The position numbers and the translations under genes are program-made. This document shows, piece after piece, positions 54,116 through 63,765 of a stretch of DNA of 64,000 bases. Source of the DNA: Trypanosoma brucei (lineage: Eukaryota); NCBI GenBank assembly GCA_000002445.1, contig CP000069.1:832001-896000 (forward strand). The letters are read 5' to 3'. The notes beneath the pieces are model-generated. The model worked only from the letters and a program-made list of their open reading frames with translations, had not been told where the DNA came from and made no database searches. Position 1 is the stretch's first letter. The number at the start of each line of letters is the position of its first letter.

Positions 54116-55492
54116 ATGAATTCAAATGTTAGAAAAGTAGGAATATTTTCTCCTGAACCGCATCATACAGATTCCGCCATACTTGTGAGTGTGAAGCAAG
54201 AGTTGATGTTGAGTGGCAACACCGAAGGAAAACCTCGATCAAAGGAGAGACAGTTTGATTTCTCCAGTTACCCTTCACGGAAGATTGCTCTGCGGTTAGC
54301 TTACCATGGTCACATATATTGCGGGTTAGTGAGACAGGCGGAGACGCCTAACACCGTAGAGGCATATTTAGTTGCTGCGCTGGAACGACTTCGATTTGTG
54401 GAGCCTTCAGGACCTAAAGATTTCTCACGTTGTGGTCGAACGGATAAGGGAGTGAGTGCGCTTGGAAATGTAGTGTCATTTACGTCGCGAGCATCCTCTT
54501 GGGCGACGGACGAACAGCAACAGCCACCGTTAGATTACTGCGAAAAACTGAATAACGTCCTCCCACCAACCATCCGTATTGTTGGATGGTCATATGTGAA
54601 CGCTGATTTTGATGCCCGTTTTTCATGCACTGGGCGAACATATCGTTATTACTTTTGTAATCGGGGACTCAATCTGGAAGCGATGCGCAAGGCTGTAGGG
54701 TACTTGAAGGGTGTGCATAACTTTCGAAACTTTTGTAAAACGGATGTTGTGAACGTGAATAACTACGAGCGCCATGTTCGTCACGCAGATATTGTAGGTA
54801 GTGATATGTTGCCCGATTTGGTATCTTACTTTGAAATCGAAGCAAACTCATTTCTATATAATCAGATACGATGCACTATGGAGGTACTCTTTCTCGTTGG
54901 TCGTTGTTTAGAGGAACCTGAAGTGGTGAAGCAACTCTTAGACTGCGGGGACCGAAAACCCGTGTATCCTCTTGCCGACGCAACACCGCTTGTGTTGTGG
55001 GAGTGTCACTTTGAAGGTGTACGATGGAACATATCTCAACGCGCGTGTCTCAATGCGGAAAGTGAGTTACTAGACATCGCAACTGCGCTTTTGATACGGT
55101 CTACGGTAGCGTTTTCCATGAGATCCCAGTTGTTTGCCTGGTATAGCGAACACACTGACGATAACGGTGAGGCAATTTTCTTTGAAGGGCAGAATCAAGG
55201 GATTTGTCCCGGGGATCAGTGGTCTGTTGTTGGTAGCGACTGGACGGATGAACGCACACACAATAGCCTTCGTGTGCGTAAGTCGGATATATTCGCTCTT
55301 TCTAAGAAAGTAAAAATGGGTTCGAAGGGGCCCTTAACGAGTAAGCCTTACACTAAGTTGCTTGACAGAGAAACTGAACGTACTTTTGAGGAAGAGGTGG
55401 AGCTTCTCAGTGCGAAGAAGCGTGCTAGATTTGAAGTCAACATGGAGAAGAAAAAGTTCCACGAGGAACATCGGTGTGGTAACCCAACTTAA
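54116..55492 (+). CDS. TruA-family tRNA pseudouridine synthase (Pus3/Deg1-like)
   Basis: Start at the ATG at 54116 (MNSNVRKVG), directly after a (CTGT)5 tract; the track start at 54038 is a TTG. LAYHGHIYCGLVRQ and catalytic GRTDKGVSALGNVVSF (GRTDKGVHA). Confidence 0.8.
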   Translation: MNSNVRKVGIFSPEPHHTDSAILVSVKQELMLSGNTEGKPRSKERQFDFSSYPSRKIALRLAYHGHIYCGLVRQAETPNTVEAYLVAALERLRFVEPSGPKDFSRCGRTDKGVSALGNVVSFTSRASSWATDEQQQPPLDYCEKLNNVLPPTIRIVGWSYVNADFDARFSCTGRTYRYYFCNRGLNLEAMRKAVGYLKGVHNFRNFCKTDVVNVNNYERHVRHADIVGSDMLPDLVSYFEIEANSFLYNQIRCTMEVLFLVGRCLEEPEVVKQLLDCGDRKPVYPLADATPLVLWECHFEGVRWNISQRACLNAESELLDIATALLIRSTVAFSMRSQLFAWYSEHTDDNGEAIFFEGQNQGICPGDQWSVVGSDWTDERTHNSLRVRKSDIFALSKKVKMGSKGPLTSKPYTKLLDRETERTFEEEVELLSAKKRARFEVNMEKKKFHEEHRCGNPT

Positions 55493-55595
55493 ACTACTCC
55501 ATCGCACTCACTTGTGCGTTCTGTTCAAATCCGTCTTGTACTTTTAAAAAGATGTTAAATCATAGTCCTTTGGGTCACTTTATCGAACTACTAGT

Positions 55596-55700
55596 GTCCT
55601 TTTTTTTCCCACCTACTACTACCTTTTCATCCTTTCTCCTATCATTTATATGAGTACATGTTTCCTCGCCGTTTTCTCTCTTCTCTTTTGCTTTTTGTTT
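55596..55700 (+). promoter_or_regulatory. polypyrimidine tract / trans-splice acceptor region upstream of the kinase gene
   Basis: tccttttttttcccacctactactaccttttcatcctttctcctatcatt...ccgttttctctcttctcttttgctttttgttt precedes the ATG at 55705. Confidence 0.5.
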
Positions 55701-55704
55701 GCGT

Positions 55705-58700
55705 ATGGACTCTCAAAGTGATATTCGTCACCATTGTCCTGCGATGGCCAGCGAGTGCTCCGCTTTACCTGATGCGTCACTTCTGCTGGTGCTGCTGGAC
55801 GGGCGTCTGCGTTGCGTTTCTCTGAAGGACGGCAGAGAACGTTGGTCTGCTCAGCTCCCTTGTGGTGAGATGTTTAGCTGCGGCGAGTCGGGAATTATTT
55901 CTGAAAGGAGGCAAATGCATCCGTCTCCTTCCGATTTTGCAACATGTAAGCAGTGCGAAGTCATGGGGGCGCGATATGGTAACTCCTCTACAACGGATAG
56001 GTATGTATCCGTTGTGCAAAACCCATGTGGTGGTTGTAGCGGGTTGTCCCAGCATCCCTTCTGTGCTTCGTTACCGAATAACGAGGTAGATTGCTGTCTC
56101 ATTTTATCACCACGGGAATCTTCGGACGTCGGCCGTTCCCCGTCATTTGAGTGGTACTTTTCAGGAGGGGTGAGTGGGAAAGGACGTGATAAATTATATT
56201 TTCCGGTAGATGTGTTGCTTGAGCATTTTAGTGCCTCTCGCTGTCCAGCACATGGGCTGCGGGATTTGAATCATAGAGAGAGTGTGTACATTGAGTTTGA
56301 CTTTGATAACGGTGTGGAACTTTTTCATCTCAGTGCTGAGAGGGGACTTTCGGTGCCTCGGCCTCGGAGGCCCCTGAATGATAATGTCAGCTCTGACACC
56401 GCTGTTGCAAGTGATGGGAATGATGGTCCTCAGATGCCACTTTGTTCAACTTCCCAAATTCGCATTGCTGTTCAGCGTGCGACGGATTATCGAACCCTTT
56501 TCTTTCCACCAGTCCCTCGTTACAGATCAGGCCCGTCAAAAGGAGTAGAAGACAACAGTCGCTCCCTTTTTGTAAAAAAATCAACGGTAATCATAAATAT
56601 TGTTGGCTGCCTCGAAACGAATTCACTGGAAGGAACAGGATTGGACGACACGCTACGTATTGAACAAACGCTCTCCGATAGCGGCGTTCGTGTTCATTGG
56701 CTTGCAGTTGGAGACAATAATAATGGCCCACAACCCACAGTGCCCGTTTCACCAGGTATTGTAGAATCTTCTCCTGTTGTTTCCGCATATGTTTTACATC
56801 CTCACCGATTGGCTACTGGTAATGCAGTTACTGAAGAGTATTGCGCGGGGGTTACTGATTTTGATGACGGAACTAGTTATGTTATGGCTTGCTGTCAAAT
56901 TCCTATTTTAAATTCATCTTCGGAGCCATCGAAGCATGTGTTGAGTATCCAGTCGTGCTTTCCTGAGAATTTTCGTCGGAAGCGGCTGCATGGGTTTGTC
57001 AATAGACAGTATGGAGTTTTCTTCTCGGAAAGTTTAAATGTGCCATCGAGCAGCTCAAGCAGCACAGTTTCTCCCTCGCCGCTTCCTACAGGCTCTGAGT
57101 GTGCATCCAACGATAATGAGAACATCTCTAATAAAGCGATGGGCGACGGCTTTTTTTCGTGTGAGGAATCTGGGGAGGAGGCGAACCACCCATCCCCAAA
57201 TGAAATGTCGAGCGGTGCGTTAGTGCTTGGGAAGAGTTTGCTGTCTTTCAGTGAAAGTGAAAATGTTGAGGCGAGAACACAAGAAAACTTCATGAGCGGA
57301 AAACAATCTTTCTTCGACGAGAACTTTGATGTTTTGATGATTTTGGGCAGTGGTGCCTCCGGTGTGGTGCTTCTCACCCGACACCGTGTTACTGGTGTTT
57401 TGTACGCCGTTAAGGTGTTGATTGTGAGAGATAAATTTGCGGAAACTGCTGTGATGCAAGAAGTGCGATTGCATGCTGTACTTCACAATGAGCACATCGT
57501 TCGTTATTACACCTGTTGGTCGGAGATGATCACACCAGCGCGGTTGCGCCAACTTGCCAGTGTTGGTCTTTGCAGCAAAAGGGAAGTAAGGCAAACATTT
57601 AGGGCTTTGGAAGCCAATTGTGTTAGTTGTGGAAGCAGCCATGAGGGTGCCGGCTGGTTGATACCCAGGCACGAGGGTCAATTAGGTAATTTGCTACTGT
57701 TGAAGTCACCTGCGGAGGATTGCGCTGGAGTTTACATGGCAGGAGATGACACGGTCGATGATGGCACAGGCTCTACAGCTGGGTCTCATACAGAACCTTC
57801 AGAGGATGGCTCTGACGACACAAGGTCAAACTCGTGTGAATCATCGTCTTCAGAACGAAGTTCATCAATTCTTGAGGGGCGTGTTGTGTTTCTTCAACTA
57901 GAGTATTATCGTACAACATTAGCGCAGCGTCTGGGGTCCCGAGGCAGCATAGACCGTTTTGAGAACATAATTATCGCACTACAGTTGTTCGCGGCAGTTC
58001 GTTATGTACACAGGTCGGGTTTCCTTCACAGGGATGTAAAACCTCCCAACATATTCATTGATTACCGTGTACAATTTTCAGGAGTAGATGGCCCAGGTGA
58101 AGAAGACAACGATGAATATGATTACGACCTGGACGAAAGTGATGGAAACGGTTGGACATGTACCAGTGTAAGAGAAGAAAAGGAAGAAAGGAAAATGTGG
58201 ACAGAGCCGGTGAATGGTGGTGGAAATGATGATGTATCTGCACCCCACCAAGCTTTCCAATCCGTTTTTGAGTTTCTGCAGTTCTACGCAACCACGCCGC
58301 CTTTGTCAACGTACCTAAAGAAGATAAAGTGTGCTCAAAACGAGGAGCAGAAGCGTCGGGCAGTGTATCTCATCGGAAAGTGGACATGCAAACGCTTCCT
58401 TCAGGTGCGACTTGGGGATTTCAGTATATCAAAATCCTTTTTGGCTCAACACGTAGAGCTGGCGTCGAACTTTGGTCGTACGGCAATGAATACGACTGGA
58501 ATTGGCTCATCATTGTATTCTAGTCCTGAGCAACTGGACGGGGAACACTGTACGAGTTCATCTGATGCGTATTCCTGTGGTATTGTGCTTGCAGAGATGT
58601 ACGTACAGCCTAAAACTGTGTCTGAGAGGCTTCATGTGTTGAAGGCTGTGCGCAACGGCGTTTTTCCAGAGAGCAGTCTTCTCAAAAGGTACCCGGAGCT

Positions 58701-58821
58701 CTGTGTGGTACAATACCTGACGCTAAAGGATCCGTCGCATCGCATGTCCCTTATGGACGCCAGCCGAGCTCTACGTCGAACGGTTTACCGTATATTGCTC
58801 TCCTTTTTTTCTGAGGTGTGA
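55705..58821 (+). CDS. protein kinase with large inserts, PERK/eIF2-alpha-kinase-like
   Basis: Start at the ATG at 55705; the track start at 55699 is a TTG. Kinase subdomains: ILGSGASGVVLL (Gly loop), YAVKVL (Lys), HRDVKPPNIFID, GDFSISKS (DFG replaced by DFS), YSSPEQ, DAYSCGIVLAEM. There are long acidic/S-rich inserts between the N-lobe and the catalytic loop and before the activation segment. N-terminal LLLVLLDGRLRCVSLKDGRERWSAQ resembles IRE1/PERK luminal propeller repeats. Confidence 0.6.
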   Translation: MDSQSDIRHHCPAMASECSALPDASLLLVLLDGRLRCVSLKDGRERWSAQLPCGEMFSCGESGIISERRQMHPSPSDFATCKQCEVMGARYGNSSTTDRYVSVVQNPCGGCSGLSQHPFCASLPNNEVDCCLILSPRESSDVGRSPSFEWYFSGGVSGKGRDKLYFPVDVLLEHFSASRCPAHGLRDLNHRESVYIEFDFDNGVELFHLSAERGLSVPRPRRPLNDNVSSDTAVASDGNDGPQMPLCSTSQIRIAVQRATDYRTLFFPPVPRYRSGPSKGVEDNSRSLFVKKSTVIINIVGCLETNSLEGTGLDDTLRIEQTLSDSGVRVHWLAVGDNNNGPQPTVPVSPGIVESSPVVSAYVLHPHRLATGNAVTEEYCAGVTDFDDGTSYVMACCQIPILNSSSEPSKHVLSIQSCFPENFRRKRLHGFVNRQYGVFFSESLNVPSSSSSSTVSPSPLPTGSECASNDNENISNKAMGDGFFSCEESGEEANHPSPNEMSSGALVLGKSLLSFSESENVEARTQENFMSGKQSFFDENFDVLMILGSGASGVVLLTRHRVTGVLYAVKVLIVRDKFAETAVMQEVRLHAVLHNEHIVRYYTCWSEMITPARLRQLASVGLCSKREVRQTFRALEANCVSCGSSHEGAGWLIPRHEGQLGNLLLLKSPAEDCAGVYMAGDDTVDDGTGSTAGSHTEPSEDGSDDTRSNSCESSSSERSSSILEGRVVFLQLEYYRTTLAQRLGSRGSIDRFENIIIALQLFAAVRYVHRSGFLHRDVKPPNIFIDYRVQFSGVDGPGEEDNDEYDYDLDESDGNGWTCTSVREEKEERKMWTEPVNGGGNDDVSAPHQAFQSVFEFLQFYATTPPLSTYLKKIKCAQNEEQKRRAVYLIGKWTCKRFLQVRLGDFSISKSFLAQHVELASNFGRTAMNTTGIGSSLYSSPEQLDGEHCTSSSDAYSCGIVLAEMYVQPKTVSERLHVLKAVRNGVFPESSLLKRYPELCVVQYLTLKDPSHRMSLMDASRALRRTVYRILLSFFSEV

Positions 58822-59236
58822 GAATATGTGGAATACCTCCTCTTCGTTTGCCTGTTGGTTATCCACTCTGAGAATAAGTCAAATATTTCCTTTTTGATCT
58901 CGCAAACTCCCGAAAGTACGATAATATGTGGGCGAAAGAATCTCATGTTGCTAGTTTCTGGCAGTTGTCTATATATATATATATATTATTGTTATCACAT
59001 ATTATATACATTTCGCACATACAAAAACTGTTTCTGCCCTTAATTTTTTTGCCTCTCTGTCATTGTCAGAACAGTAATATTTATATCTTTTCATTCCTTC
59101 GATTTTCTTTCATTGTTGTTGTTGTTCACACTCTCTTTTATGATGTTAATGCGTTTCGCCCGATTTGTTAAACTGAAAACATGATTTAAAAAAAGGCTCC
59201 GTGGGTGCCTTAAGATTCATCATTTGTACTGCAGCG

Positions 59237-60235
59237 ATGGCACTCATGTGGCGGTGGGTCTCTCTTGGTGGATGGTGTGGCCCGCATCTTATGCTGTCCA
59301 AATTAAACGCTCCCATCAGTGCGGTGAAGCTACCATTCGATATGGCGCGCTGCAGCTTTGATGGGCTACTGGAGTTCACCAACCGCGGATTCGACGAAGG
59401 TTTTTTTCCAGGGCCGTTGCAGTCCCGCCCCTTCACACCTGATGCGGCGTCCATTTGGTTGTTGTTCCGCGGTCAACATACTTGTATTACACATTTTAAC
59501 CTCAACAATGATAATATCGTTCAGGAGTTTGTAAATCGCTTTGATGCGTGGGAGAGAATGCTGCTTCACCCCTCGCATCCAGTAACGTTTCTCCGTACTA
59601 GCATAGCGGAGGATGCTTCTGAGGAAGTAGAGCTAATACCACAATTTCACTCCGCGCTGCAAGAGAAAAGCGCAGGCAGGTTAAAATTTCGTACAGTTAT
59701 GGTCCTCCATGACCAGGGGCCCACAACTTGTCGTGTGGCCGAGTTTACGGCCCAAGATGCAGCAGGAGCACCATGTGTTGTGTGGAACCTTGCACTAGAT
59801 AAAAGTTTACCAAGCACCGCATCACTGCTTGACCGCTGCCACGACGGATACGCGCAAATAATTAGTGAAATGAGCAGTGAGGGTGCATGGCAGTTTTCCA
59901 CGAGGTTTCTTTGCCTACCCGCACCGAAACCTTACACAAATCTTTCACGAGTGGAGGGCGTTCCTGCGCTCCGGGGTTCATGCACTGGTTTCGGTACAAC
60001 CCACGCCGCACGACTGGGTCGCTGCTTAAGTTGTGGCGCAACGGATGGACACAAAGTTGTGCAGGACGCATTCGATACGAAACGACCTTGGGAAACTGCG
60101 GAGGAGGTTGTGCTCGTTGAAAAGTTGTTTCAGGCAGGTGGTGATGAGGTTGCAGCGGTGGAGGCTGCTGCACTGGAACTGAAGCGAGGTGCCAACGAAG
60201 TGTTGTTACGTTTGCGTTACGTTACGCAATGCTGA
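59237..60235 (+). CDS. hypothetical protein
   Basis: Track start at 59201 is a GTG; the first ATG is at 59237 (MALMWRWVSLGGW, hydrophobic/amphipathic, possibly organellar). 332-aa coding-strand ORF; no recognised domain. Confidence 0.4.
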   Translation: MALMWRWVSLGGWCGPHLMLSKLNAPISAVKLPFDMARCSFDGLLEFTNRGFDEGFFPGPLQSRPFTPDAASIWLLFRGQHTCITHFNLNNDNIVQEFVNRFDAWERMLLHPSHPVTFLRTSIAEDASEEVELIPQFHSALQEKSAGRLKFRTVMVLHDQGPTTCRVAEFTAQDAAGAPCVVWNLALDKSLPSTASLLDRCHDGYAQIISEMSSEGAWQFSTRFLCLPAPKPYTNLSRVEGVPALRGSCTGFGTTHAARLGRCLSCGATDGHKVVQDAFDTKRPWETAEEVVLVEKLFQAGGDEVAAVEAAALELKRGANEVLLRLRYVTQC

Positions 60236-60526
60236 GGTACACATACCAAGGATTGAATGTTTACTACCCCTTCCGGCGTCTTTCTTTTAACATATGGAAT
60301 ACCAATCAATGCAGTCTGAATTGTTGAAAGGAGGTAGTGAAACCTCAAATAAACTGCGTTTTTGTCTCCCCACATGTTGCTCTACCGTGTTTATCTCCCT
60401 TTCGCTTAAGAATGTAGGTTTGCATCATTTTTTCCCTTTGTTTCCTCATTTCCTCTGCCCTTTACGCTGATTTCATTGGCAAGAAAAGACGATAGTTGTG
60501 GCACATCATTAAATAACGGTGCGGTG

Positions 60527-61573
60527 ATGCTGGCTTCTCAACTGAAAACCGCGGCGGAAAAGCTCACTGAACATTGTGGAAGAGATGATTACTACTGGAC
60601 AACTGACAATGAAATGCATGCCGTGCGGCGGAGGAAGATGCTGGAAAAGTATAGCAGTGAAATCAAGAAACTCTATGGACCTGATCCACTAACATGGAAA
60701 ATCGCAACGGCGGTCGTTCTCTTTCAGATTTTCCTGGGCTCATTGGCGTCCAGCATGAGTTGGCCTGTGTTTCTGCTTACCGCTTATGCAATTGGTGGTA
60801 CGGCGACGCACAACAGCTTCTTGGCCGTCCACGAAATAACTCACAACTTGGCATTTCGTAAGGCTGTGCACAACGAGTTGTTTGCCATATTCCTTAATAT
60901 AATTGTGCCCCTACCGTACGCAATGGGATTTAAATCTCATCACAGGGATCATCACAATTACTTAGGGTGGGAGCGTGTTGACCCAGATTTACCGACGGCG
61001 CTGGAAGGGAAATTGCTTTCCAGCTACATTGGCAAATTTTTCTTTGTTACGTTCCAAGTTTTCTTCTACGCACTTCGTCCCACTCTTGTTAGAAAAATGA
61101 AAATAACGAGGATGCATGTACTAAATATTGTTGCTCAAATTATATTTGATGTTATATTTTACATGTTATTTGGACCGTGGTGTATTATTTACTTCTTCTT
61201 ATCACTCGTGTTGGGTACTGGTTGGCACCCATTGGCTGGTCACTTCCTTACTGAGCATTATATCTTTCAAGGTGACGGAAGTCAGGAAACCTTTTCTTAT
61301 TATGGTCCACTGAACTGGTTAGCTTGGAATGTCGGCCATCACGTGGAGCATCATGATTTCCCGTACGTTCCGTGGAGGCATCTGCACAAACTTCGTGAAA
61401 TTGCCCCTGAATTCTACGAAAACCTTGAGGTGACCCCCTCGTGGCCTCTTGCCTTATACGATTTCGTGTTTAAAGTTAACATGAATCCGTTCTCACGTAC
61501 CGTGCGTAGGAAAGGGTCATATCTACATCCAGATTTGCGGTCCGCTGAGGTAATCGGAAAGGAAGAAAATTAA
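60527..61573 (+). CDS. sphingolipid delta-4 desaturase (dihydroceramide desaturase, DEGS family)
   Basis: Track start at 60476 is a TTG; the first ATG is at 60527. N-terminal Lipid_DES region DYYWTTDNEMHAVRRRKMLEKYSSEIKKLYGPDPL. Histidine boxes HEITHN, HHRDHH and HVEHHDFPYVPW. Multiple hydrophobic spans. Confidence 0.85.
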   Translation: MLASQLKTAAEKLTEHCGRDDYYWTTDNEMHAVRRRKMLEKYSSEIKKLYGPDPLTWKIATAVVLFQIFLGSLASSMSWPVFLLTAYAIGGTATHNSFLAVHEITHNLAFRKAVHNELFAIFLNIIVPLPYAMGFKSHHRDHHNYLGWERVDPDLPTALEGKLLSSYIGKFFFVTFQVFFYALRPTLVRKMKITRMHVLNIVAQIIFDVIFYMLFGPWCIIYFFLSLVLGTGWHPLAGHFLTEHYIFQGDGSQETFSYYGPLNWLAWNVGHHVEHHDFPYVPWRHLHKLREIAPEFYENLEVTPSWPLALYDFVFKVNMNPFSRTVRRKGSYLHPDLRSAEVIGKEEN

Positions 61574-61827
61574 CACTATATGGTGGTGGTAGTGAGATGC
61601 TCTGCATGTTCGTCTCTCTTTATTTTCTCCTTTTGCTTTCCTCTGGTGCACCTCTTACATTGGACTACTGCCGCAATGACGCTTCTCCTTTCTCTTCTAT
61701 TTACTCCACCCAATGCTTTTTTCCTTGTCTAAATAATCGGGTCAGTGATTTGATTGATTGATTATTATTTTTTTTTAAAAAATGAGGTTTGTGAATCGGA
61801 AGCGGAGATGGAAACATGTTTATGTAT

Positions 61828-61830
<3 letters not shown>

Positions 61831-61875
<45 letters not shown>
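61831..61875. repeat. (TA)22 microsatellite
   Basis: Uninterrupted tatatata... run in the spacer after the desaturase gene. Confidence 0.9.
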
Positions 61876-61878
<3 letters not shown>

Positions 61879-63693
61879 GTGAGTATTGATGTATAGGATT
61901 GAGGTATACGTCTCTGCGAACGTGGGGAAACTGAAATGAAAAAGGGGGAAGAAGTGCTGCATACCATAAGGAAAGCAATATAGATGAAGGGTTGAACTGA
62001 AATCTGAAAAAAATGGAGAGAACATCTTGGGAGAAGACTATCGAATAAGGAGAAGAGGAAGGACACGACGCAGTTGAAGTAAATAAATTAATATACGGCA
62101 ACAGTGAAAACTAGTGTGTTAGAAGGGGGAAAAAAGAAAAAAAACGAGTAGACAATAACGTAATAAAATCTACCCGAAGGGGATGTATAATGGCGACTGT
62201 TCAAGGTAAGTAGGGTAGTGTGCCTTTCTTTTCATTTGTTGACGAATCATCCTTGTGCGGATGCGGCCCGGCGTTTTCTTTGGGGTTTGTTGTTTCCTTA
62301 CGTTGCGTTATGTTATGTTTATGTTTTGTGATTTGGTGCATAAGGAAAAGGTAATATGTGAAGTTGTGTTGCCTGAAAGAGCGCGATTGAAGAGGGAACG
62401 GAAACACGAAGAGGAAGTTGAAAAGTAAATATCGGGTTTAAATCGTCTTCAGGAATTCAACTCTTTTTTCCTTGTGTTTTTTCGTTCCCCACAAACGACG
62501 AACTTTAAACACACAGGTGAAGACGCGTAAGCATATGTATTTATATATATATGGTTTTCAAACTCTCATACTCCATGAGATGTCCCCTTATCTGGGAGCG
62601 GATTTTCATTGGGTTTGAGAATAGTGCGGAGATGTGTTGGTTCTCTCTAAATTTCCTTTGTTATTTTATTCTTTTTCTGACAATCATTTTTCTTTTTTTT
62701 TTTATCGCTGTTGTTGATGAGTGGCACGTACATGAAGAACGTATACTTGGACGTATTAGTAGATAAAGTGCTTGCTCTTTTGGCACACGCACACACACAA
62801 TTCGCGAGCAGATTTTCGAAGTAAGCGAAAACGCATCTATGACAATATTTAATGGTGGTGATGTTTTTTTTGTATATATCTTTATCAAATTGCGGTTGCA
62901 TGTTCTGTCTTTACGTTTGGAAGTTGTGACTTTCGATGGCAGGAACTTTCACTGATTGGGGGAAAAAATAAGAAAGGTGAGAAATATCACCAAATAATGT
63001 TGTAAATTGTACCTTAGTGAAAATCTGTTTGTTAGGTTCTTCTTCCCCTATTTTCATCGTTTAATGGTCATCAAAACGGTCTAATAGGGTGACGAATAAA
63101 TGAGGTGTATAAGAGAGGAAGAGGAAGAAAGAATATAATATATGATAGAAAAGGAATTGTGGAAGGAAAAGGAAGAAAGTTGATTGAAAATACCGATTTG
63201 TTTTGTCGCTCAACGTCGTCAGTTGCTGGGATGTCGGGCAGGTGCTCGTGGTGACGGGACAACCACAGATAAGAGGGAAATAACCGAGAAGAAGTGTAAG
63301 TTGATGTGTGATAGAAAATCTTGTGGTTAAGGTCACCACAACAAAGTAATAAGGAAAAAAAATAACGCGAGGCAGAGAAAGTAGAATCAACGAGAGTGTG
63401 CCCTCGTTTGCGCCATACTGTTAAATAGCGTGATTCATAAAGCACAATACCAGCTTTATAAGGAGCAGGATGCTCTCTGATTTTGGTCAAATGAATAAAT
63501 ACATTGCCGTATTTGGCTTCCTAGGCTGAAAAATAGTCTCAGGGGTTTCTTGATATGTTTTTTATTTCTCTCTACGGTCTTAATGGTTCTTATTGTGTTG
63601 TTAATTCCTTCTGACATCTTTTCAGACTTAACATGATGGATAACACATTTAAAAACATGTCGGCACACCTTCTGCTTTTCTTCTTTCTTTTTG

Positions 63694-63696
<3 letters not shown>

Positions 63697-63734
<38 letters not shown>
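63697..63734. repeat. (TA)19 microsatellite
   Basis: Uninterrupted TA run about 30 nt upstream of the ATG at 63766. Confidence 0.9.
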
Positions 63735-63735
<1 letters not shown>

Positions 63736-63765
63736 GAACAAAGGGAAATTGGTGATCCATTCCTG

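Noticed and set aside
55316-55334. tRNA T-arm-like gggttcgaagggg, and gttcaaatcc at 55518
   Set aside because: The flanks do not form the required 5-bp T stem and there is no acceptor or anticodon arm context. The first lies inside the Pus3-like CDS. I found no tRNA gene anywhere in the window.
41465-55492. Possible functional cluster of RNA-modification/ribosome-biogenesis genes (Imp4, RIO2, RluA-type and TruA-type pseudouridine synthases)
   Set aside because: Kinetoplastid polycistrons are not operons. Co-directional neighbours are not co-regulated by function, so the co-occurrence is most likely chance.
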